From Phycisphaerae bacterium (GTDB lineage: Bacteria; Planctomycetota; Phycisphaerae; Sedimentisphaerales; UBA12454), in contig JBAZTW010000007.1 of the NCBI GenBank assembly GCA_041661665.1, forward strand, positions 961 through 64,960: a stretch of DNA of 64,000 nucleotides, in the 5' to 3' direction. Shown one piece after another: positions 53,468 through 63,490 of this stretch (its first letter is position 1; every line of letters begins with the position of its first letter). The notes under the pieces were generated by a model. It ran no database searches. It was not told where the DNA came from and saw only the letters and a program-made list of their open reading frames with translations. Both the position numbers and the translations under genes were made by a program.

Positions 53468-55681
53468 TACAGCCGATTGTTTTGCAACCGGCACAGTGAA
53501 CCAGAATGTCGAACCTTTGCCAGGCTCGGACTCCACGCCGATTTTCCCGCCGTGGCGTTCAACGATTTTTTTACACACGGCAAGACCAATTCCCGTCCCT
53601 TCATATTCATTTCGCAAATGAAGCCGTTTGAACATAACAAAAATCGCCTGCTGAAATTCCGGCGCTACGCCGATGCCGTTATCGGTTATGTTGATTCTGA
53701 CCATTTCATCAGCGGCGGGCCTGCTGGTTATCGTTATGTGAGGCACGTTGCCTTTGGCCTGATACTTCATACCGTTGGCGATTAGATTCTGCATCAGTTG
53801 TCGAATTTGAACGGGGTCAACTTTAATATCGGGCAGCGGCTGCGGAATATCTATCGTCGTATGTTTTTCTTCGAGCAGCACGGAAAGCTCAAACTGGCGA
53901 AGCTGCTCGACTATGTCATTGAGATTCACTTTTTCCACAGAGTGAGTTTTTGAGCTTATTCTGGAATACGCGAGAAGACCCTCAATCATCTTTGTCATAC
54001 GATTTGAGCCTTCTATCATAAAGCCAAGATTCTCTGCGTCGTCTTCAACTATTTTATCCTTTAGAGATTTTTGCAGCATAGCGCCGAAAGTTGATATTTT
54101 TCTCATCGGCTCCCTGAGGTCGTGCGAGGCAATATAGACAAAGTTCTTAAGTTCCTGATTCGTCTCTTCCAGTTTTCTTACTGCCTGCTCAAGCTCGCAA
54201 TTAAGCTCCTTCATACCTTCTTCCGCTAATTTGCGGTCGGTGATGTCGCGGTCAACGCCTATATAACCTGTTAGCTCGCCATTTTTGTCCAGCACCGGCA
54301 CCGCGGTAGTTTCAATAATCACATTTTTGCCGTCTTTTCTTATATTACGATTCTGAAAATTCGTAATCTCTTTTTTGGCGACAAACGTCTGATGCGCGCC
54401 TTTTTTAAGTTCGTCCGCATCGTCCGGATGGAAAAAATCGTAAAAATGTTTTCCGATGATTTCGTCTGATGTATAACCCAAAACCTTTTCCACGGCATCG
54501 CTGGAATATGTATATCTGCCCTCGTTGTCGGTTTCCCAAATCCAGTCGCCGCTGCTCTCGGCAACATCTTTGAATCGTGTTTGTTCTTTCTGTAATGCCC
54601 CTATCGAAACGGTCGTCTTTTGTAAGTCCTCGGCCATAGCGTTAATGGAAACTGCCAGTTGACCGATTTCATCGTCGGATACCACAGGCACTCTGTAGTC
54701 CAAATCGCCCTTTCCTATAATTGATGCTCCATCCATAAGCTTTTTCATCGGCCTGGTTATCATTCCCGAAAAACGCCAGCTCACAACCGTAATAACAAAA
54801 AACAAAATTGAAGCGAAAATTGTTACCTGCCACTTAATCTGTCCAAGTCCCGCGAATACCTCTTTTTCATTTTGAACGATAACAACTTTCCAATCCAACT
54901 CATTATCCGACCTTTTAAACTGCCGCTTGATATCAGTGCATGGAAAATAATTGCCAAGAAGTTTTTCGCCGTTGCCGTCTTTGAAACTTAAATACTCCCT
55001 GTTTTCATTTATTTGACGAATAACCGACTCATCCGGCTGTGTCAGTATTAGTTCGCCGCTGCGATGTGCTATTATCCGGTCGTGAGAATCCAGCAGAAAA
55101 GCCAAACCGCTCTGGTCAATTTTCATATGATTAACTATGTCGGCAACACAGGACATATTAAGCTGGGCGGAAATGACAGCGATTATCTTTCCATTGTTGC
55201 CGTAGACCGGCGCATTAAATGAGATTATCGTCTTAATCGGCTCCGGTATAATATGAACGCTGGATATCGCAACATTACCCTTTAAAGCATCTAAAAAATA
55301 TCTGCTGTGTTTCCAGTCGACTCTGAAATTATAGTCCGTGGAAGTAATAACGCAGCCGTTAGGGTCTATTAGTGTAATATCTTCATAAGCCTTGAGTATG
55401 GTCTTTAATTCGGTCAGCGTTTTTCTTTTTTCATCGCCGCTGATTTTTTCTGATTTGATAACCGGATGCATAGCAATCATTTCTACGTCCTGACTGCCGC
55501 TTATCCGTATTTTGTTGACGTTATGATACAATTCCTCTGCCACTTTTTTGAAACCGTTCACCGTTTGTTGTTTAAGAGCAATTTTTGCCTGTACGACCGC
55601 CAACAGCGAAACACTGATTATGCAAACGAAAGCCGTTGCGAACAAATGGTACAAAAATGTTCTTTTAATGCTTTTTTTCAT
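53444..55681 (-). CDS. Sensor histidine kinase (Cache-like periplasmic domain, HAMP, PAS, HisKA, HATPase_c)
   Basis: N-terminal TM, ~270-aa extracytoplasmic domain, second TM. HAMP (ITRPMKKLMDGASIIGKGDLDYRV), PAS (GDWIWETD...), H-box ASHDLREP, N/G boxes NLIANGMKY, DNGIGV, GTGIGLAV. Confidence 0.88.
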   Translation of the reverse strand: MKKSIKRTFLYHLFATAFVCIISVSLLAVVQAKIALKQQTVNGFKKVAEELYHNVNKIRISGSQDVEMIAMHPVIKSEKISGDEKRKTLTELKTILKAYEDITLIDPNGCVITSTDYNFRVDWKHSRYFLDALKGNVAISSVHIIPEPIKTIISFNAPVYGNNGKIIAVISAQLNMSCVADIVNHMKIDQSGLAFLLDSHDRIIAHRSGELILTQPDESVIRQINENREYLSFKDGNGEKLLGNYFPCTDIKRQFKRSDNELDWKVVIVQNEKEVFAGLGQIKWQVTIFASILFFVITVVSWRFSGMITRPMKKLMDGASIIGKGDLDYRVPVVSDDEIGQLAVSINAMAEDLQKTTVSIGALQKEQTRFKDVAESSGDWIWETDNEGRYTYSSDAVEKVLGYTSDEIIGKHFYDFFHPDDADELKKGAHQTFVAKKEITNFQNRNIRKDGKNVIIETTAVPVLDKNGELTGYIGVDRDITDRKLAEEGMKELNCELEQAVRKLEETNQELKNFVYIASHDLREPMRKISTFGAMLQKSLKDKIVEDDAENLGFMIEGSNRMTKMIEGLLAYSRISSKTHSVEKVNLNDIVEQLRQFELSVLLEEKHTTIDIPQPLPDIKVDPVQIRQLMQNLIANGMKYQAKGNVPHITITSRPAADEMVRINITDNGIGVAPEFQQAIFVMFKRLHLRNEYEGTGIGLAVCKKIVERHGGKIGVESEPGKGSTFWFTVPVAKQSAVLASAAAH

Positions 55682-55785
55682 TCATTACGCCAGGATTAAT
55701 TTAATATTTCCCGATAATCCGCAAGTAAGACCTTTTTAAAACAAAATTTACTGTTCAACGCGGAAGTTTATTACCCTTAAGGGTA

Positions 55786-56841
55786 TTATTTTGACTTTAT
55801 AAGATAAAAAATCCTTTGATGCTCGTTGCGCATTTCGTCGAAACCTGAAAGGTTCACCGCCGATTTAAGCATTTCTTCCGATGGAAAAATCGTTTCGCTG
55901 TTAAGGCAGGTTTTGTCTATGTATTTATCCGCGCCTTCTATAGGCGCAACATAATGAAACTTATTTGCGCTGCGTGCGGCAATCTCCGGCCTAAGAAAAA
56001 AATTGACCAGTTTATGAGCCCCATCGACATTTTTTGCGTTCGCACAAAGCATAAAATAATCTGTCCATTTACTGATGCCGCCTTGGGGAAGGATATATTT
56101 TATGTTCTTTCTGTCGCCTGCTTTTAATGCCACATCGCCGCTGTAAACGTGTACTATCCATTTTTCGCCGGACAAAAGTTTATCAAGATTACCGAAAGTT
56201 TCTCCGAAATAAGGTTCGTTTTCCTTCAGGAGAATTGCATATTTTTCAACTAACTTCAGGTTGTCCGGCTGCTCAACTCCAGACAACGGTATTCCTATAT
56301 AAAAACATATTGCGCCGATTACCTCGGGCGGGCTTTCAAGCAACGCGATTTTACCCTTGTATTTTTTGTCCCACAGCACGCTCCAGCTATCGGTATCTGC
56401 GGGCACAAAATCTGTGTTTATGGCAAGACCGGTTGTGCCGTAGAGATATGGTATGGCCTTTTCAAGACCGACGTAAGCAGGTAAAACATTTTTTATATTT
56501 GGAATTTTTGTCAGGTCAAACGGCTTGGCGAGTTTGAGTTTTTCCAAACCTCGCGCGCTTGTTATCACCACATCATACTGGCCGGTATCAGATTGAAGTT
56601 CCGCTATACATTCGCTTTCTAATGTGTATTCTTTGAGAACTACTTTAATGCCGGTCTCTTTTTTAAAGTCTTCCAGAATCGATGGGTCTGTGTAGCCTTC
56701 CCAGTTATAGAGAACGACTTCTTTGTTGTCCGAATGGTCTGCGGGCTGAACAGCGTTATTTTTTTTCGTCATAAAAACATACGCCGCCGCGACAACTGCC
56801 AAACACAATAAAAATATAAAAACAGATGCTATCTTTTTCAT
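55786..56841 (-). CDS. PotD/PotF-like periplasmic solute-binding protein (polyamine-type SBP)
   Basis: Signal/anchor MKKIASVFIFLLCLAVVAAA. Then VLYNWEGYTDP and overall PotD-like pattern. No ABC permease or ATPase nearby; it is adjacent to the sensor kinase. Confidence 0.7.
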   Translation of the reverse strand: MKKIASVFIFLLCLAVVAAAYVFMTKKNNAVQPADHSDNKEVVLYNWEGYTDPSILEDFKKETGIKVVLKEYTLESECIAELQSDTGQYDVVITSARGLEKLKLAKPFDLTKIPNIKNVLPAYVGLEKAIPYLYGTTGLAINTDFVPADTDSWSVLWDKKYKGKIALLESPPEVIGAICFYIGIPLSGVEQPDNLKLVEKYAILLKENEPYFGETFGNLDKLLSGEKWIVHVYSGDVALKAGDRKNIKYILPQGGISKWTDYFMLCANAKNVDGAHKLVNFFLRPEIAARSANKFHYVAPIEGADKYIDKTCLNSETIFPSEEMLKSAVNLSGFDEMRNEHQRIFYLIKSK

Positions 56842-56847
56842 TTTATT

Positions 56848-57000
56848 TTACTCTCTTTCTTTAAAAGAGACTTTTAATTCGGTATCTTCATTTCGCGAAT
56901 GAAGTCGTTTAAGCATTACAAAAATCGCCTGCTGAAATTCCGGTGTGGCGCCGCTGCCTCTCTGGATGAGCGATGCCTTAACTCTCACATCTTTCCTGTC
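56848..57000 (-). pseudogene. Relic of a histidine-kinase HATPase_c segment
   Basis: 56887-56943 is about 89% identical by manual alignment to 53607-53662 inside the intact kinase. It translates GATPEFQQAIFVMLKRLHSRNE versus GVAPEFQQAIFVMFKRLHLRNE. The frame is closed by stops at both ends (51 codons). Confidence 0.65.
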
Positions 57001-57139
57001 TTACGGCGGTATCATCAGGACAAACAATTCCCAACACCTTCTATACTTTTCGTCCAAATACTGTTGTAGATTAAGTGGTTTTGACGATAACCCGATTATA
57101 GTGTGATGTTTTAATGTCTTTTGGTTGGAGATTGTCAAA

Positions 57140-57925
57140 ATGAAACTTGCAGCAATACTTGTTATCGGACTAATCTGCGCAGGAACTTTCGCGTTTGCCC
57201 AAACTGACCCGCTTCCGAAAGAATCTCCAAAACTCGGCATTACTCTTGATGCCACATGGGTCAGCAAATATATCTGGCATGGACAGGATTTATACGATGA
57301 CCACGCCGCTTTTCAGCCAAGCATCGACCTGGATTTATTCGGTACAGGTTTCAGCGTCAATGTCTGGGAGTCGTCCGCCTGCAGCGACGGCTTCGTTGAC
57401 AGCGAGGAACTCGATTATTCCGTAGCCTATGAAAACAGCTTCTTCAAAGATTCAGCCTTCAAAACCGACTACGAAATAAGATGGTTATATTATGATTACT
57501 TCCGTATTTCCTCGGATAAGGCCGATGCGCAGGAATTCGATTTCTCGTTCTCCTGGCCTGAAATTCTTCCATTTGGCCTGACTCCGACTTATATGCTCAG
57601 CTATCTTTATGCCGCCACAGACAACAGTCCCGCCTCCCAGCTTGAAATGGAAGGCGCTGCTCACACAGTAGGCTTCACTTGGGACGTTAATGAACCACAG
57701 ACAAAACTGCCTCTGACTTTCATTTGGAACATCACATACAACGATGGGCAGGGCGGTTCGGAATTCGCCCACGACTGGTCATACATCACATGGGGACTTT
57801 CAACAAGTTTCAACGTCGGCCCCGGTTCGTTCACCCCCGCGATATACTATCAAACCTCTATGGAGAATTCTCTTAATACAGAAGACGAACTCTGGACTTC
57901 GCTTTCATACTCCCTTAGCTTCTAA
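57140..57925 (+). CDS. Outer-membrane beta-barrel protein (hypothetical)
   Basis: Signal peptide MKLAAILVIGLICAGTFAFA, alternating aromatic/hydrophilic strands, C-terminal ...LSYSLSF. Confidence 0.6.
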   Translation: MKLAAILVIGLICAGTFAFAQTDPLPKESPKLGITLDATWVSKYIWHGQDLYDDHAAFQPSIDLDLFGTGFSVNVWESSACSDGFVDSEELDYSVAYENSFFKDSAFKTDYEIRWLYYDYFRISSDKADAQEFDFSFSWPEILPFGLTPTYMLSYLYAATDNSPASQLEMEGAAHTVGFTWDVNEPQTKLPLTFIWNITYNDGQGGSEFAHDWSYITWGLSTSFNVGPGSFTPAIYYQTSMENSLNTEDELWTSLSYSLSF

Positions 57926-58002
57926 AAAAAATATCCGCAAACATTTGTTAAGTGTTTGCGGATATCTATCATTCTACTGCCTATTGGCTATTGACTACCG
58001 TT

Positions 58003-59214
58003 TTATATCTTCGGCTTATTGCCTAAATAACCTGTCTTCGGCAGCCCGCCCGTCAAAGGCATCGCGTAATCGACAAACGCCTGCGTTATCCCGTTGCCTT
58101 CTTTATTGATATACTCATCAGCAAGCGACTTTGTCTTTTCCGCAACGTTTGCAAGTTCTGTTCTGAAAAGTTCAACGGCGTAATTTTTGCCGTTGCCGAT
58201 TCGCTTTATCGCCACCGAACCGTTTAAATTCGTCATCGAAAGTTTCACTGCTTCAATGCCGCAGCGACGAGCTTCAGATACATCAGTCGCCGATTGCAGT
58301 CCCGCAAAACTTCTCTGCAGATAACCGAAAGTATCCGCGCGTACTCGTTTGATTTTCAAACTGCCCTTAATCTGACCGGCCAGAAAATCTGCCAAAGCGC
58401 CCGTGCCGGACAACTGAACGTTGCCGTGCGCATCGTGTTCAGCGTTTGCGGCTATCTTTTCCGCCCACGTCTTATGGTCAACATCGCCGATGCCTTCGCT
58501 CACCGCGATTACGCATCTGCCGAGTTTTTTATAAACCGCGTCAACATCGGAAAGAAATTTGTCCATCGAGATTGGCCTTTCAGGCAGATAAACCAAATGC
58601 GGCCCATCATCGTCTCTCTGTTTTCCCAAAGCCGCAGCCGCAGTCAAAAATCCCGCGTGCCTGCCCATAATCACATCAATCTTAATGCCCGGCAACGCCC
58701 TGTTATCAAGGTCGTCGCCCATAAGCGCACAGGAAACAAACTTCGCCGCCGTGCCGAACCCCGGACAATGGTCTGTTACCAAAAGGTCGTTGTCGATTGT
58801 CTTGGGAACATGAAACGCCCGCAGCTCATAGCCCGCCTTAATCGCCATATTATTTATGATATAGCAGGTATTCGCCGAATCGTTTCCGCCTATATAGAAA
58901 AAGTATCGAATATCGCGCTTCTTGAAAACATCTAAAATCTTTTGGCAATATTCCGCGTCTGGCTTATCTCTGCTTGAACCAAGCGCGGATGATGGGCTTG
59001 CCGCAACGATTTCAAGTTCATCTGAAGAAATTTTCTTCAAATCCACGAAATTTTCCTTCACCACTCCGCTCACCGCATGAACTGCTCCGTAAAGGTTCAG
59101 AATTTCGGAATGTTTTTTTGCTTCTTCAATTACACCGACCAACGAAGCGTTGATTACGCCGGTTGGCCCGCCGGATTGACTTACCACCGCATTTGCTTTT
59201 GGTGCAGATGCCAT
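58003..59214 (-). CDS. pfp: Pyrophosphate-dependent 6-phosphofructokinase (PfkA family)
   Basis: SGGPTGVINAS, IGGNDS (Asp at the position that is Gly in ATP-PFKs) and PKTIDNDL (Lys instead of Gly) are the PPi-type signatures as I recall them. Confidence 0.8.
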   Translation of the reverse strand: MASAPKANAVVSQSGGPTGVINASLVGVIEEAKKHSEILNLYGAVHAVSGVVKENFVDLKKISSDELEIVAASPSSALGSSRDKPDAEYCQKILDVFKKRDIRYFFYIGGNDSANTCYIINNMAIKAGYELRAFHVPKTIDNDLLVTDHCPGFGTAAKFVSCALMGDDLDNRALPGIKIDVIMGRHAGFLTAAAALGKQRDDDGPHLVYLPERPISMDKFLSDVDAVYKKLGRCVIAVSEGIGDVDHKTWAEKIAANAEHDAHGNVQLSGTGALADFLAGQIKGSLKIKRVRADTFGYLQRSFAGLQSATDVSEARRCGIEAVKLSMTNLNGSVAIKRIGNGKNYAVELFRTELANVAEKTKSLADEYINKEGNGITQAFVDYAMPLTGGLPKTGYLGNKPKI

Positions 59215-59321
59215 ATTTACGACCTTTCAAATAGACTTTCTATCTTAATTTTGAAACTGAGGACTGGGATTATAATAATTTGAAATTTTATCACAAGCCT
59301 ATAATTTCCCCGCCGGCTATC

Positions 59322-60035
59322 TCATCGGGCCTGTTCTATATTCTGTTTGGCTTTATGTTCCATTATTTTTACGGAAGTTTCGACGAATTGCTTAGCCATA
59401 ATTATCTGGATTATCACAACCGCGATGGATACTGGTATTCCGATATAAGGAATGCACGAAACTATCGTGGTAATGTACTGGGCAAGGGCAAGGCCTTTGC
59501 TGGGCATTGGCCCTTCGATATTTCGTTCCTGACAATATAAGTTCATATCCTCCGCAAGTCCGACGATTGCGATATACATCCAGTAAATGTTAAAAAACGG
59601 AATAAAGCAAAAGCCGACCGCTTTGCCCGGCGATGTGCGGGCTTTGCCATCCTGTATCAGCTGCCAGAATCTATAAAGCAGAATGTAGTTAATTACCGTT
59701 CCTGCGATAATAGCCGGTATGCCTATAAATATAAATGCCAGAGGCAAACCTGCGCCCATGAGCCAGGCGAACCAAAGCCAGAGGTTTCGTAGCGATTCAG
59801 GCGGGAAGTTAATTTGATTGTCGGAATATGGTGTAATTGCGAAAGAGCTCGGCGGTATCGGAGCGATATCGGAAAACTTATCGGCAAGCTCCGTCACGCC
59901 CGCCTGCTTCCAGTCGCTCATCGGCGATTTCCAGACAAGAGTTTGCCTAACTATTGTGCCGTTGTGAATCAGCTCTGCAATAACGCTTTCTTCAACAGGA
60001 CCTATCCGCTGACTGTTCCGAACATAATACCACAT
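59322..60035 (-). CDS. GYF_2 (DUF4339)-domain membrane protein
   Basis: MWYYVRNSQRIGPVEESVIAELIHNGTIVRQTLVWKSPMSDWKQAG is the GYF_2 pattern. It is followed by four to five TM helices. Confidence 0.7.
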   Translation of the reverse strand: MWYYVRNSQRIGPVEESVIAELIHNGTIVRQTLVWKSPMSDWKQAGVTELADKFSDIAPIPPSSFAITPYSDNQINFPPESLRNLWLWFAWLMGAGLPLAFIFIGIPAIIAGTVINYILLYRFWQLIQDGKARTSPGKAVGFCFIPFFNIYWMYIAIVGLAEDMNLYCQERNIEGPMPSKGLALAQYITTIVSCIPYIGIPVSIAVVIIQIIMAKQFVETSVKIMEHKAKQNIEQAR

Positions 60036-60149
60036 ATATTTTTCCCTGATAAATTAGATTCGTAGTGTGGGTCTGCTGCTCTGCAAATAGTTTTTAGACC
60101 AACGCAGGGGCTGGACTCCGCAAATTTTCACTGTCTCTCATTCTACTCG

Positions 60150-60609
60150 CTAATCTTCATTCTTCAATCTTCAATATTTTTTCTTTGTGCCTATGCCTGC
60201 CATGAGCTTATCGAATGGGTAAACGCAGGGTGTTTTATTTAGCCCCCTGGCCTGCCAGGGGGTTCGTCATTCCAACCGCATTCAGAGCCCAAGCGATAGC
60301 GCAGGGAGAAACAGAGCCCAAGCGACAGCGCAGGGAGTTTCGTAGGGGCAGACCTATGTGTCTGCCCACTGTCATTCCTCGAAGACCCCTTTGGGGAGCG
60401 CAGGCGGGAATCCATTGTATTTAGCCCCCTGGCCAGCCAGGGGGTTCATAATTCCAATCGCATCAGAGCCACAAGCGTAAGCGCGTGGTCATAAAAATAG
60501 CGTAGGGTGGGCTCACCTGTCCTGAGCTTGCCGAATGGGTAGCCCACGCAGTTATAAAAAAAATTGTAGGGGCAGACCTATGTGTCTGCCCACTGTCATT
60601 CCCGGGAAG
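60150..60609. repeat. Dense hairpin-word mosaic with internal direct repeats
   Basis: A ~70-nt direct repeat lies at 60237-60306 / 60419-60488 (TATTTAGCCCCCTGGCC.GCCAGGGGGTTC...CAGAGCC.AAGCG..AGCGC..GG). A 37-nt identical repeat GTAGGGGCAGACCTATGTGTCTGCCCACTGTCATTCC lies at 60342-60378 / 60566-60602. A nested GTAGGGTGGGCT[CCTGTCCTGAGCTTGCCGAATGGG]AGCCCACGC lies at 60502-60549. Confidence 0.85.
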
Positions 60610-60777
60610 TCACTCCTTTGGAATTACAGCAGGGAACCAGTAATCATCATAATCCAGAACGTCCGGATTAAGGTCTTTTGTCAGCAGCGGCCCGGATGTA
60701 TTAACAACCCTGCCTTTGCCGTCAGTTTCTATCGCAAAAACATCTCCGGATTTCTTATGCTTGTATAGAGCTTTCAT
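60610..60777 (-). CDS. Possible 55-aa protein downstream of the methyltransferase (below the ORF-track length cut-off)
   Basis: My own translation of the minus strand gives MKALYKHKKSGDVFAIETDGKGRVVNTSGPLLTKDLNPDVLDYDDYWFPAVIPKE*. It lies 21 nt after the MTase stop. No clear SD. Confidence 0.3.
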   Translation of the reverse strand: MKALYKHKKSGDVFAIETDGKGRVVNTSGPLLTKDLNPDVLDYDDYWFPAVIPKE

Positions 60778-60798
60778 AGGTTTTTGCCATCTCTTATT

Positions 60799-61809
60799 TT
60801 ATTGACCAGCCATAGCGAGCAGAGGAAAGAGGGGTTGGTGATGAATTTCATTTTGCAAAACACCTTTTTTACATTTTGTAATATTTTTACTTTCGTTTGG
60901 TATTTTAAACTCTTTTTTTAATTTAATTTTCTCGAAATCTATTTTTTTTATAGGTTTTGGTACTTCAAAACATTGCTTTAAAGTTTCCCAGTCGTTATTC
61001 CTTATAGTAACTATTTCATTTAAATAAAAGCCCACCCAAACATCATTTATTTTAAAATTTGGTTTAACCTCTTTTAGTTTTTCTTTAGATATTTCTACAT
61101 ACTTTTCATCAAGTTCAAATCCAATATATCTTCTACCTAGTCTCTTTGCAGAAATGGCTGTTGTCCCAGTTCCTGAAAAAGGATCTAATACAATATCATT
61201 TTCATCGGTAGTCATTAAAATTAACCTGTCCAATAGATGCAACGGCAATTGACAAGGGTGAAGGTCGCGTTTGTTATTATGCTTTATCCTATGTATATCT
61301 GTCCAAACATCTGAAACAAGCGGTCCAAAAGGATGCAAGTCTGCTTTTTTTCCACCATAATCTTTAAGTAAATAATCACATTTTCGGCATCGTTTGTGTG
61401 GATGTCTAATTTCATAAAACTTATTTTCTCCCTTATTTTTTGCATAAAAGAGAATTCCATATTGAGATGGCTGCAAACTTTTTCCCATAGGTGCTGTAGG
61501 TGCATCCCATGCAATCCAATGCTTGAAATCAGCCATCTTATTTAAATAAAAAGTATAGTATGTCAACCATTTGGGAATATTATGCAAAAGTATTGATCCA
61601 GTTGGCTTTGTCACCCTGACCATTTCCGCAATCCACTGTTCACACCATTTCAAATAGTCTTGAAACTCTAAACTGTCCTTGTAGCCATTATATTTTTTCT
61701 TCAAATTAAATGGTGGATCGGCAAATGTTACATCAACGCTATTGTCCGGAATATCCTGAAATAGCTTTAAACAGTCGCCTTGTATAATATTGTTCAAATA
61801 GTTTTTCAT
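60799..61809 (-). CDS. Beta-class N6-adenine/N4-cytosine DNA methyltransferase
   Basis: Motif IV VTFADPPFNL precedes motif I LDPFSGTGTTAISA, plus a ~100-aa C-terminal extension. ATG 61809 lies 2 nt after the upstream stop. The alternative ATG 61833 would overlap it by 22 nt. Confidence 0.85.
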   Translation of the reverse strand: MKNYLNNIIQGDCLKLFQDIPDNSVDVTFADPPFNLKKKYNGYKDSLEFQDYLKWCEQWIAEMVRVTKPTGSILLHNIPKWLTYYTFYLNKMADFKHWIAWDAPTAPMGKSLQPSQYGILFYAKNKGENKFYEIRHPHKRCRKCDYLLKDYGGKKADLHPFGPLVSDVWTDIHRIKHNNKRDLHPCQLPLHLLDRLILMTTDENDIVLDPFSGTGTTAISAKRLGRRYIGFELDEKYVEISKEKLKEVKPNFKINDVWVGFYLNEIVTIRNNDWETLKQCFEVPKPIKKIDFEKIKLKKEFKIPNESKNITKCKKGVLQNEIHHQPLFPLLAMAGQ

Positions 61810-61811
61810 TA

Positions 61812-63482
61812 TTAACTTATCGTTAAATTCCATATTTTTAATGCTTTTTCCGCAAAATCAGCCTGTCTTTTTTTTATTGTATCTGGCGACCATTCTTTAC
61901 AACTTATTAAACTTTGTGTAATTTGTATGTCAGATTTTTTGTATTCATTTTTTTTGCTTTCAAAACTACCACTCTTCAAATCCGAATTTAGTTTGGTTTT
62001 TGATAATGTTAAATTACCAATTTTTTTATAGAATGATTTATGATCGTCTTCATTGAATTTTGGCCAATCTTTGCTATCAATAACTGTTTGCGGTAATATA
62101 TGTTCCAAATTTACATTGTCGAAATTTTTAACTACTGCTTTCTCTTCATTTTTGCTATAAATCTTTTCAAGTTCTATCAAATAATATTGAGCAAGAGTAT
62201 TTTTTGTAACGGTAGCCATTGAAAAAGCTTCTTTAAATTGAATATCTGTAGGAATCAATTTTTTAGCAGACTCCAATAACCCCTTTGTATCGTTAATTTC
62301 ACCAGCATTTATTTTTCTTGCTTGATTTGAGAATTCCCTTTCTAATGTACCACCTGGAATAGATCCAGTAATTAAATTTCTAACACTCCAAGATAAAATT
62401 AACTTAAAAGCTTTTTCAACTTCATTTTTATGAAACTGATTTAATATTGCCAGCAAGAGAGGTCTATTTTGATGTAAGCCTAAATCGTTAAGTTTTTCGA
62501 TATATTCTTTTGTTGTTTTTGAATACTCATCCCAAAAAACATGATTTTGATTTAGTAATGCTAAATATTTATTGGTTGAAGACTTCAGGTCGCTCAAAAT
62601 TGTAACTGATAAATTTTGATTAGTAGTTTTGTTTTTAATTTCTAAAAACAAATCTTTTTCACGGGTTAAGCCATTACGAGATGACCAAAAATATCTTATA
62701 TACTTTATTATTTCTTCCTCGTCTTGTGCAGCCTCTATAGCTCCAGACATCTCTGACCAGCAACTTTGTGCTTCCTTAATACGTCCACCTGCTTTGTTAA
62801 AAAGGTGATTTTTTATTAAATCTGCCTGAGACAAAGCCAATCCTCTATCATTTAATGTTTCGAAAACAGTAAATGCATTTGATTCGTCAGGAACTTTTAC
62901 AATTATTATTTTTACCTTATCTTTTATAAAGTCATTTAGATTAAAAATAAAATCATGCTTGCCTCCATCAAGCCTAACCTTATCTTTTATAAATTTATAT
63001 GCAACTATGTAAGCTTTATCTATTCTTTCATGTGACTCTTTAGTTTTTTTCTTGGTCTCACTTTTAATGATTCTGGAAAGAAAATAATCATTATCGTCAT
63101 TACCTAAGCTTAATTTGGGTACGGGTTGCTTTGAACGAATATCAGTTTTGCATATATAGTCTGTTTCAATTATGTCTGCTGCCTTTTTATCATTATTTTC
63201 TTTTAAAAAATCTCTAATTGCCGAATATATAATTGTAATAGTGGCTAACCTTTGTTGTCCGTCAACCACTTCCCAATGCCCTTCATCTTTTGTTTGATTT
63301 ATCACAACGGAGCCAATAAAATAGTCGTGTGGATGTGATTGGTCAATATCGAGAAGTAATTCTTCTACATTTTTTTCTTCCCAAGCATATGCTCTTTGGT
63401 AAATGGGTACAGCAATTTGATGGTCTGATATAAACTTACCAATACCCAATATATCAAATTTTATTTCTTTAAGACTACTCAT
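61812..63482 (-). CDS. DUF262 + DUF1524 (GmrSD/SspE/BrxU-like) two-domain nuclease-family protein
   Basis: N-terminal domain IYQRAYAWEEKNV and DGQQRLATI (DUF262 signatures). C-terminal NLEHILPQ (His-Me finger/DUF1524 signature). ATG 63482 is preceded by GAGGTG. The alternative ATG 63494 overlaps the upstream stop as ATGA. Confidence 0.8.
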   Translation of the reverse strand: MSSLKEIKFDILGIGKFISDHQIAVPIYQRAYAWEEKNVEELLLDIDQSHPHDYFIGSVVINQTKDEGHWEVVDGQQRLATITIIYSAIRDFLKENNDKKAADIIETDYICKTDIRSKQPVPKLSLGNDDNDYFLSRIIKSETKKKTKESHERIDKAYIVAYKFIKDKVRLDGGKHDFIFNLNDFIKDKVKIIIVKVPDESNAFTVFETLNDRGLALSQADLIKNHLFNKAGGRIKEAQSCWSEMSGAIEAAQDEEEIIKYIRYFWSSRNGLTREKDLFLEIKNKTTNQNLSVTILSDLKSSTNKYLALLNQNHVFWDEYSKTTKEYIEKLNDLGLHQNRPLLLAILNQFHKNEVEKAFKLILSWSVRNLITGSIPGGTLEREFSNQARKINAGEINDTKGLLESAKKLIPTDIQFKEAFSMATVTKNTLAQYYLIELEKIYSKNEEKAVVKNFDNVNLEHILPQTVIDSKDWPKFNEDDHKSFYKKIGNLTLSKTKLNSDLKSGSFESKKNEYKKSDIQITQSLISCKEWSPDTIKKRQADFAEKALKIWNLTIS

Positions 63483-63490
63483 GTTACACC

